From positions 1 through 55,263 of the forward strand of contig DOSJ01000017.1 of assembly GCA_003514005.1 (NCBI GenBank): DNA of 55,263 nt, read 5' to 3'. Below are positions 47,944 through 55,263 of the stretch, in pieces. The notes under the pieces are model-generated. The model was not told the DNA's origin, did not search any database, and was given only the letters and a program-made list of their open reading frames with translations. Source of the DNA: Candidatus Falkowbacteria bacterium (GTDB taxonomy: Bacteria; Patescibacteriota; Patescibacteriia; Patescibacteriales; UBA12075). Positions within the stretch are counted from its first letter, which is position 1. Each line of letters begins with the position of its first letter. The position numbers and the translations under genes were made by a program.

Positions 47944-50900
47944 TTAAGGAGGTGGTGGGGGCGGGGGTGGGGGCGGAATACTCCCTCCACAATCAGTATT
48001 ACAATTACTGCTATTTTCCCCTACTCCAGCATTACAACCTTCTATTCCGCAACATTGCAAAACCGTACAATCACTAGTACAATTTGCTGTGCATTCCCCG
48101 GCTTCACATGTGTCATTTCCACAAACCGCTCCAGCACTGCAATCAATAGAGCAGTTAGCCGCATTTTCACCAGAATCGCAAGTGCCATTTCCACATGACA
48201 CGGGAGGAGGTGGTGGTGGCGATACATTACAATCCCCGGCGCAAGATGCAACTGTTTCACCGATACCGGCATTACATCCCTCAATACCGCAACAATCGGT
48301 CAAATCGCAATCCACATTGCAATTTGTCGTGCATTCGCCGACATCACAAGTGCCGTTTCCGCAATTACTGCTTGCCGGCACTGTCATTACTTCAAGCGAC
48401 CGCGGGCTTTCATTACCGTTTTTGTCAATTGCGGAAACCGCGAAATAATATGTTTGCCCGTTTGTTAATCCGCTGATGATAACTTCGGTGTCTTTACCAA
48501 TATCATTCGCTCCGCCATATATGCCGGAATTGACTCCATAATAAAGCTTGTAGCTTGTCGCCCCGGATACGGCGCTCCAACTCAATTTTACCTGCTTTTC
48601 CAAAGGAATAGCCAAAAGATTAATTGGCGCTCCCGGAGCGGATTCATCTGTAACCAAAATATCTTTTTCTCCAAAATATTCGCTTTCAGTTCCTGTATTT
48701 AAAAATGAAGTTACATTGAAATAATATTTTTTATCATTCGTCAAACCGTTAACGGCGCAAGTAAATGTCGTACCGGAAAGAGTACAAGAAATATTATCAC
48801 TATCGTCCGTAGCGTCATTGTATATTTCGCCATAATCATCATATTTTCCCGCGCCCGTCCCCCAATATATTTTATAGCCATCTACGCCGGCAACTCTTTC
48901 CCAGCTTACGCTAACGGTTTGTCCATCCGCCATGTTTAACAAAGAAATGTCAGCGCTTGCCGTCGGAATGTCTTCTCGGAAAAAATATACTTCTTTTAAA
49001 TAATTGCTTTGGCAAACACCGCTCGAATCCGGTCCGCAAGCAACGCCGAATACCGGGCAGACTTCACCAGTCGTACTACAGCTAAAAAACACCGAACGCC
49101 CTCGAATTATCCGATTCGGATCAGTTGACTTGTACCCGCTTTTAATCGCCGGCAAATCATCATAAGTTCCGGCAGAGCCGGCATCACGGCAATAATATAA
49201 TTTGTAGTTGTAATTATCACAGCCCGCGCCGGCAATCGAACAATTGTTATCCTGATCTTGCCACGGCTGCCAGGTGCCATCCGCCGCAATCGGCGGCCAA
49301 GGGTTGTTGCAGACAAAAAGAAAAACATCGGAAGATCCGGAAGGGGCTGGCACTATTCCTGATATTGTATTGCCGGGGGCATATTCCATGACTGCTGAAA
49401 CAAGAGTTTGTCCTTCCGTCTTTGTTGTGCCTGTGCGAACTAGCTGTTTGTCACCTGTTATTGGTAAAGGCAAGGCTGGTACAAAATCGGCAATTAGCGC
49501 GTTGCTTGTCGTCCAAACTAAATTCCAATCATAAATTCCCGGAATCGGCGAAAGAATCTGCTTATTGCCTCGCGCATAAGCTTTAAAAACTTTATCACTG
49601 TCTTTTATGGAATCATAAGTTTTTGTATTACCTGCGTCGTCGTCATTTTGATTATTGGTAGTAGTTTGAAATAAATAAGATTTCGGTTCAATTTCTATGC
49701 TATTAACAATACAAACGCCATTATTGGCTGATTGCTCCGACAAAGTCGTGAATGAAAAAAGATGCGAATTGGCATAAGTTATGCCATTCAGCGTTTCGCT
49801 TATCCCGCCGTTCATACCGATCCCATAAATACTTTTCACGCCTAGAGCGCGATTATCATTAAGAACCTGATCGCCTTTGATAATCGCGTAATAACGGCGA
49901 TTACCGTCTAATAGGCGATTGGGTCTAAAACTCAAAACACCTTTGCCCGCGGCATCATTGATTCCGCTCGCTTGCCCGGAAACCGCGCAAAAATTATGAC
50001 CGGCCTCGATTGCATAATAAGCCAAAGCCTCGTCTTGTGCCGAAAAAGGGTTAATAATTCTTTTTGCCAAGAACAGAATTTTTATATATATCTTTTCAAA
50101 AAAATTCTTTTTTGCTTGCGTCCATCCGGCGGCGGCCAAATATTGCGTCCCGGCGGGACAGGCATCAAAACCATAATCACCGACCAGGATCGCATTACCA
50201 TTAAAGCTCCCGGTATCCATCTGCTGGTCGAAATAAACGGTTATCTCGGCATTCCGGCAAATCTGGTCGCTATTATCCGCCGGAATCGAAGACTCTATAT
50301 TTGGCCTGGCACGACAGCAAGAATCCAGTCCACAGCCGACCCCGCTCGGCACAAGCCCGCTCGCAACGCAATCAATATCAGCCGTACAGCCACAACACAA
50401 TCCCCTGTTTTCCGTCGTACACGGCGCCTTATCGGAAACGCATTTCAAATCCAAGCCGGCCTCAACACATTCATCCGCGGCCGCATTCGGATCACAACAG
50501 CAAGTTCCGCAGCCATCGGAAAAATTCGAAGTAGCCGATTCATTCAGGCACTGGAAAGGATTGGCGCATAGACCATTATTACAAGCGCCGAATTCATCGA
50601 TTTTTTCCGATTGACAGCTAGTGCCTAAACCGTCAGTGGAGTTGCCTTTGCAAGAATTTGCACAATCGTTAAGTGCGTCAAAATCACCGCTTACTTTCGG
50701 AATAATATCGCAGGTATCTTTTTGCGGTAAGGTGCAATCATAATAAGCGCAATAATTCAAACCGCCACTATTGAAAGCATTCCCGCCACCAATCCCCCGG
50801 CAATTATTCGCAGATTTTCCGTCAACACAACAAGAAGTGGCGTGATCAGAACAACCGCTTGTATCTGCGGCTAATTGCGAGCAATCTTTGCAAGCCCCGA

Positions 50901-53900
50901 CTTTTGTTCCGTTGACTTCGTATTCGGTATCACAGAATTTTCCGGCCGCGCCCGTGCAATTGCAAGCCGCATCCGAGGCCGCGATATCAACCACTCCGCC
51001 GCTTTCCACCCGACAGCCGGTACAATATCCGGATCGATCCGTATCGGTAATTCGATCACTTCCGCAATCGCCGGCGCAAGTAAGCCCCAAGCAACAATCC
51101 TGGCTGTCATAGCTCACTCCTGCCTGTGGCAAACGGCAGCAACATTCGCAAACCGCGCTGTCCTTCTCGGTGCAGACGCCGGCATCGCAAACGGTCCCGC
51201 TCGGACAAATATCCAATGAAGAAATACATTCGCCGTTGCCATCGCTATTTACATCTTGGCAATTCAAGCCCAAAGGGCAAGAAGAACAAACAGTGCTCTC
51301 ATCAATACATTTATTATTGCCGATATTCATCCAATTTGCCGGACAGCTGGCTGAAGTATTTATATGCCAACGATTCACGCCGTTATAAGCCGCGCAATAT
51401 GCGTTGGTATTCTTATTTAAAGAATCCAGTACCGGTTTTGAGCAAACAATGGAATTTTCAATGCACTTATCCGCTAGGCTAGAATATGAACAAGTAATAG
51501 CCGAGCAACCGGGCATCGTGCAAATGTTATTTGTGCAAGCAATGCCGCTTGTAATCGCGTTTCCGCCGGAATATGGCGAACATAGCCCCGGTGAATTCGG
51601 ACAAAGCAGTGGTTCACAGGCGTTAGTCCTTTGCGCTCGTCCTTGGCAGCTGTCGGTAGAATCAGTATTAACGTCTTTTTCACATACGCAAGTGGTGGTG
51701 TTGCATTCCCAATCCGTTCCAAGTGTAGAGCAGATATCGTTATCAGCGTCGCAAACAGCGTTTGTCGTGTCGCCATCACAGGCCAATAGCCCACCCGAAG
51801 TAAACTCCCATTCATAAACCGATGCGGTAAACGCCCCATAACAATCGGATTTGTCAGTGTTCCCATCCAAATTTTTATCCGTGGCACAGCGACCGGCTTC
51901 ACTGCTGTCTATCGGACAGCAAACGCCGGAAACGGCGCCATTGTCGCAGTCCTGATTTGCCTTGCACTCACCGATATAAAAATTCATTCCATTGCCTTCC
52001 AATGTGGTATTTTTCAATACTTTGACCGGACCGGTCAAGGCGGACGGATGGACTTTTGCTTTTATCTTGTTAGTTTTCCCGCTAACATCCCAAGAAATAA
52101 TCGGACCGACCGCGGCCAAAGCGCCTTGCTGGTCTTGATTATTATAAAATCTTACCTTTGAAGCCCCGGAAGCGTCATAAGTACCGAAATATTCTCCCCA
52201 CAGGCTGATTTCACTGTTGTTTACTCCGCGTATCGGATCTATCCGGCACAAGCTGGGCGCCAAAGGCAAGGTGCTATTATAATGAAAAGTAGGGTCCGCT
52301 ACCGGCCCGGTCGAAAAAGTATCGGCCGTGTCGATCGGTTCAGTTACTCCGCTCAAACTAATAACAATATAATAATCGCTATCATCATTTGGTAAACCTT
52401 CCGGAACCTTTACCAATATCTGCTTATCGCTCCAAAGATTATTTTTACATTCCTCCGGAAAAACATAATCAGCTTCCGTGCCATATTTGGTCGGATCTCC
52501 GCCCGCATTATCGCTTAGATCAAAATCAAAATAAACTTTGCCGGTTTTTTGCGACGAACCAAAACCGCCGCCCATGATCGTAACATATTGTCCGGCTGAG
52601 CCGCTGGTCGGTGAGAACGAAGTTATATAAGGTCCGGTTTGCGGCTCTGTATTTTTAGTAAAAAACAAATAATTACTGTTAACGCCTCCAGTTTTGACAA
52701 ATGCGGTTTTTTTACCAATGCTAATATTCGGAACTTGCGCTGTTCCGAGAGTCGCAACCGGAAAAACAGAATTCAAAGCCGGAACATTGGCGGCATAAGA
52801 TCCAAAAAAAGCCGAAGCGCCGTTCAAACGGATGCCTTCGAAAGATACAGCGGTATTAATAACGCCGTTGTCCGGACTAAGCAAGCACAGACCGGGACGA
52901 GCTATGGTATTGTTTACAAAACCGATGATAGCGCCCCGCGAATCATTGTTTGTATCAAAAAATCCGCTGGCGGCTGTAACCCTGATTTGCGGACTGGCAG
53001 CCAATCCATTCGGCAGAACAACAATTATCTGATTGTTTTTCCAGCTATCAGCACATGACGGATTAGCAGTATTTGCCAAAGGCGCCTCTACTCCGTCAAA
53101 TTCTACCTTGCTCACACCCAAAACATAAGTACCGAAATAACGTCCGCTAATAGTCACTAATGACCTGGCTGAAGCATTGGCGGTATCAATATCGCAAGTA
53201 TCGCCCGCGACCAAGGCCGCGCAAACCGCATCATCGCTTCCACAATAGGCATTCGGACTAGCTTTGCAAAAACCACCGATAGGGGTTATATAGTCAATTA
53301 AAGGAGCATCCTCGCAAATACAACAATCACTAATCCCGGCTCTGTAACCCGCGGCTGTACATTCAGCTTCGGTCGTTCCGCCGCAAGCGCATAATCCGCC
53401 CGCGCATTTCGTATCGTCGCAATTCGCATTACCGGCGCCGCAAGACTCGGAAAGGCTTGTCCCGCACGAAGCGCCTTCGCAAGCGGCGCAAGGGCCTCCG
53501 CAATCGATTCCAACTTCTCCCAAGGGTTCGTCTTTGATATTGTTACAGCAATGACCGGGGCGCAAAAGATACGTCTTGTCATCACTTGCGCTGCGGCTGT
53601 CGATGTCATTGACAGTTACCTTAATATTTATCGGGGTACCCGGCATAATCGCGGAAGCATCCCACCACACAGGCGCGTTTGCGCTGCGCGAATTAAAAGT
53701 TTGTCCCCCGCCGGCAAAAACCGGATTTGATGCATCAATGATTGAAAGATTGTCAATAAAAAATTCCAGTTGGCTGATGCCGGAATTATCCGAGGCAAAA
53801 GCATACAGCTCATTATTATTTACCGCGCATATTTGATTAAAATCCAGTTTTACTGTAGGATTGTCACAATCTATCGTGTCGCCGACCGTAAATTCAATTT

Positions 53901-54783
53901 CACAGTCCAAACCGGTTCCCGGACAGCTTAATTCGATATCGCCAAAACTAAGTATGCCGGCGGCCCCGTCCTCTGCCGCCACTCTTACCCTTGTTCCGGA
54001 TGCAAAACAGTTGCTAGCGCCGCATGGATTGGCATCGCAAGCCGCAAAAGGCGTAAAAGCTATTCGATTGCCGCTCATAACCTTGTTGCCGGGAATAGGT
54101 AAACCGGTAGCAACATCCGTTACCGCAAATTTGGCATCCGCATACGATGATGGAAGAATGCCGCGGCTAAAAACATAAGAAACTTTTACATTCTTTATTA
54201 CATTCGTATCTCCATTATTCGGAATCGTCTTTTTGGTAAAAAATTCCGGCGGTGTTGTGCATTCGGAATCACAGCCCCAGGCACAGCAACGCTCTCCAAT
54301 CGCGCAATCGCCTGCACAAGAACCCCAAGTGCCGCCCGCGCCGCACACTTTCGTGCCAACGCCGTTACAACCGCATGATTTGATTTCTCCGGCAGTACAT
54401 CCGCCCTCGATTGCCGTACTGGTAATATTTGCGACAAAAGTCACAATTGCAAAAGCGGACAATATGATAACCAGACCGATAACTGCGGCAATCAATATGC
54501 GTTTGGCTTTTTCAACCCGATCCGCCTGTCCATTCGCCGTCATCCAAACAAACCCGCCATACATCACCATCACCACCGCGATAATCCCAAGGAATGTCAA
54601 AGCATAGCGGATTATATTTATAATCAAAACGCGAATATCCGTTCCCCCGCCATCATCCAGGCCGATATTGCCGGCATAATCGATACCGATATCAGGCGCT
54701 TGCGCCAATACAAAAAACGGCACGATTAATATTGTCACAGTTAGTAACGATAATAAGATAAATTTTATTTGTTTAAATTTCAT
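47944..54783 (-). CDS. giant (2279 aa) Cys-rich surface protein with N-terminal TrbC/VirB2-like pilin domain
   Basis: IINII..ALTFLG...YGGF.WMTA.G...V.KAK..L.AAVIGL pilin-like segment, IPT/TIG repeats, Ig-like and FN3 domains, CGNG.C repeats, and a poly-Pro end. Confidence 0.8.
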   Translation of the reverse strand: MKFKQIKFILLSLLTVTILIVPFFVLAQAPDIGIDYAGNIGLDDGGGTDIRVLIINIIRYALTFLGIIAVVMVMYGGFVWMTANGQADRVEKAKRILIAAVIGLVIILSAFAIVTFVANITSTAIEGGCTAGEIKSCGCNGVGTKVCGAGGTWGSCAGDCAIGERCCAWGCDSECTTPPEFFTKKTIPNNGDTNVIKNVKVSYVFSRGILPSSYADAKFAVTDVATGLPIPGNKVMSGNRIAFTPFAACDANPCGASNCFASGTRVRVAAEDGAAGILSFGDIELSCPGTGLDCEIEFTVGDTIDCDNPTVKLDFNQICAVNNNELYAFASDNSGISQLEFFIDNLSIIDASNPVFAGGGQTFNSRSANAPVWWDASAIMPGTPINIKVTVNDIDSRSASDDKTYLLRPGHCCNNIKDEPLGEVGIDCGGPCAACEGASCGTSLSESCGAGNANCDDTKCAGGLCACGGTTEAECTAAGYRAGISDCCICEDAPLIDYITPIGGFCKASPNAYCGSDDAVCAALVAGDTCDIDTANASARSLVTISGRYFGTYVLGVSKVEFDGVEAPLANTANPSCADSWKNNQIIVVLPNGLAASPQIRVTAASGFFDTNNDSRGAIIGFVNNTIARPGLCLLSPDNGVINTAVSFEGIRLNGASAFFGSYAANVPALNSVFPVATLGTAQVPNISIGKKTAFVKTGGVNSNYLFFTKNTEPQTGPYITSFSPTSGSAGQYVTIMGGGFGSSQKTGKVYFDFDLSDNAGGDPTKYGTEADYVFPEECKNNLWSDKQILVKVPEGLPNDDSDYYIVISLSGVTEPIDTADTFSTGPVADPTFHYNSTLPLAPSLCRIDPIRGVNNSEISLWGEYFGTYDASGASKVRFYNNQDQQGALAAVGPIISWDVSGKTNKIKAKVHPSALTGPVKVLKNTTLEGNGMNFYIGECKANQDCDNGAVSGVCCPIDSSEAGRCATDKNLDGNTDKSDCYGAFTASVYEWEFTSGGLLACDGDTTNAVCDADNDICSTLGTDWECNTTTCVCEKDVNTDSTDSCQGRAQRTNACEPLLCPNSPGLCSPYSGGNAITSGIACTNNICTMPGCSAITCSYSSLADKCIENSIVCSKPVLDSLNKNTNAYCAAYNGVNRWHINTSASCPANWMNIGNNKCIDESTVCSSCPLGLNCQDVNSDGNGECISSLDICPSGTVCDAGVCTEKDSAVCECCCRLPQAGVSYDSQDCCLGLTCAGDCGSDRITDTDRSGYCTGCRVESGGVVDIAASDAACNCTGAAGKFCDTEYEVNGTKVGACKDCSQLAADTSGCSDHATSCCVDGKSANNCRGIGGGNAFNSGGLNYCAYYDCTLPQKDTCDIIPKVSGDFDALNDCANSCKGNSTDGLGTSCQSEKIDEFGACNNGLCANPFQCLNESATSNFSDGCGTCCCDPNAAADECVEAGLDLKCVSDKAPCTTENRGLCCGCTADIDCVASGLVPSGVGCGLDSCCRARPNIESSIPADNSDQICRNAEITVYFDQQMDTGSFNGNAILVGDYGFDACPAGTQYLAAAGWTQAKKNFFEKIYIKILFLAKRIINPFSAQDEALAYYAIEAGHNFCAVSGQASGINDAAGKGVLSFRPNRLLDGNRRYYAIIKGDQVLNDNRALGVKSIYGIGMNGGISETLNGITYANSHLFSFTTLSEQSANNGVCIVNSIEIEPKSYLFQTTTNNQNDDDAGNTKTYDSIKDSDKVFKAYARGNKQILSPIPGIYDWNLVWTTSNALIADFVPALPLPITGDKQLVRTGTTKTEGQTLVSAVMEYAPGNTISGIVPAPSGSSDVFLFVCNNPWPPIAADGTWQPWQDQDNNCSIAGAGCDNYNYKLYYCRDAGSAGTYDDLPAIKSGYKSTDPNRIIRGRSVFFSCSTTGEVCPVFGVACGPDSSGVCQSNYLKEVYFFREDIPTASADISLLNMADGQTVSVSWERVAGVDGYKIYWGTGAGKYDDYGEIYNDATDDSDNISCTLSGTTFTCAVNGLTNDKKYYFNVTSFLNTGTESEYFGEKDILVTDESAPGAPINLLAIPLEKQVKLSWSAVSGATSYKLYYGVNSGIYGGANDIGKDTEVIISGLTNGQTYYFAVSAIDKNGNESPRSLEVMTVPASSNCGNGTCDVGECTTNCNVDCDLTDCCGIEGCNAGIGETVASCAGDCNVSPPPPPPVSCGNGTCDSGENAANCSIDCSAGAVCGNDTCEAGECTANCTSDCTVLQCCGIEGCNAGVGENSSNCNTDCGGSIPPPPPPPPPP

Positions 54784-54797
54784 TTACTATGTTTTTT

Positions 54798-55256
54798 GTC
54801 ATTCCCGCGAAAGCGGGAATCTTGGTTAAAAAATAACTAAATCATGTCTAAAAAATAATCATGCCACAAAGGATTTTCTTTTTTAATTAAATTATCTTTC
54901 CATTCTCTATTCCATTTTTTCATTTGTTTTTCACGTAATATTGCATCTTGAATATACTGATATTCCTCATAATATACTAATTTTGTGGTTTTATATTTTG
55001 CCGTAAAACTTTCCGGATTAATATGTAGTTTATGTTGAAATATTCTAGAAAATAAATTATTTGTTACGCCTATATATAAAACACTATTTCTTTTACATGA
55101 TAAAATATATACATAATAAGCGTGATCTTTTTTCATTTTTGTTTAGATACATATTCATTTTTATTTCCACCGAGATTCCCGCCTTCGCGGGAATGACAAG
55201 GAGATGCTTCACGGTTTTTCTTTATCCACCGAGATTCCCGCCTTCGCGGGAATGAC
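54798..55256. mobile_element. GIY-YIG gene flanked by inverted GTCATTCCCGCG palindromes (putative mobile unit)
   Basis: Repeat at 54798-54821 and inverse copies at 55174-55197 and 55233-55256. Confidence 0.6.
54837..55136 (-). CDS. stand-alone GIY-YIG nuclease
   Basis: YYVYIL...LYIGVTNNL..R...H...A..REKQ.K.W.R.WK..LI...NP.W motif. Confidence 0.93.
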   Translation of the reverse strand: MKKDHAYYVYILSCKRNSVLYIGVTNNLFSRIFQHKLHINPESFTAKYKTTKLVYYEEYQYIQDAILREKQMKKWNREWKDNLIKKENPLWHDYFLDMI

Positions 55257-55263
55257 CAGGAGA

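Noticed and set aside
47921-47992. Possible frameshift fusion of the two giant genes across the poly-Pro tract
   Set aside because: The downstream protein has its own signal peptide, so separate genes are more parsimonious.
37533-54607. Numerous short antisense or alternate-frame ORFs within ftsZ, ftsA and the giant genes
   Set aside because: They are shadows of long coding frames with no motifs or RBS support.
55169-55256. Two direct 29-bp repeats about 30 nt apart, resembling a CRISPR array start
   Set aside because: The same unit occurs in inverted pairs at several intergenic sites, and no cas genes are present; it behaves as a REP-like repeat. The window ends here, so a longer array cannot be fully excluded.
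1-55263. Alternative genetic code (UGA or UAG reassignment)
   Set aside because: Conserved genes are full length under code 11 and several end in TAG or TGA; only one internal TAG was seen.
1-55263. Integron integrase, DGR reverse transcriptase/template repeat, tRNA or rRNA genes
   Set aside because: No tyrosine-recombinase or RT motifs in the ORF track, no AAC-rich copy of the variable region, and no recognisable tRNA/rRNA by eye.

Overview
AT-rich bacterial chromosomal segment read with genetic code 11. The gene content suggests a Patescibacteria/CPR genome, Parcubacteria-like (inference): a type IV pilin cluster, GWAW-repeat and giant Cys-rich secreted proteins, a TrbC/VirB2-pilin-headed giant protein, and class III RNR. 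Core or backbone genes are pilin-like genes with pilD, alkylation-repair genes, nrdR-nrdD-nrdG, an M16C protease, capA-like, mgtE, a CPA2 antiporter, ftsZ, ftsA, dgkA and ybeY. The accessory structure is rich. (1) Two integrase-less clusters of attC-like sites (0.3-2.8 kb and 14.2-15.8 kb), whose cargo genes are each enclosed by gene-specific nested inverted repeats that overlap the stop codon. (2) Three promoter-bearing cargo modules (AAA, Fic, toxin-antitoxin) stacked at a pilX-like gene, each ending in a diverged copy of that gene's 5' end; the two orphan copies break at the same codon. (3) A DUF1257/DUF2997/Ycf46-like AAA cluster with an in-frame TAG, followed by a gene with a DGR-type variable-region C-terminus; no RT or TR is in the window. 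(4) A GIY-YIG nuclease flanked by GTCATTCCCGCG palindromes, with gene-less copies elsewhere. (5) A split NrdD whose glycyl-radical domain is a separate 50-aa ORF. (6) A PEP-CTERM protein and a TIGR03790-like domain. (7) An IS4-family element and many short-period hairpins at gene junctions. All family calls come from motif recognition by eye; no database searches were run.
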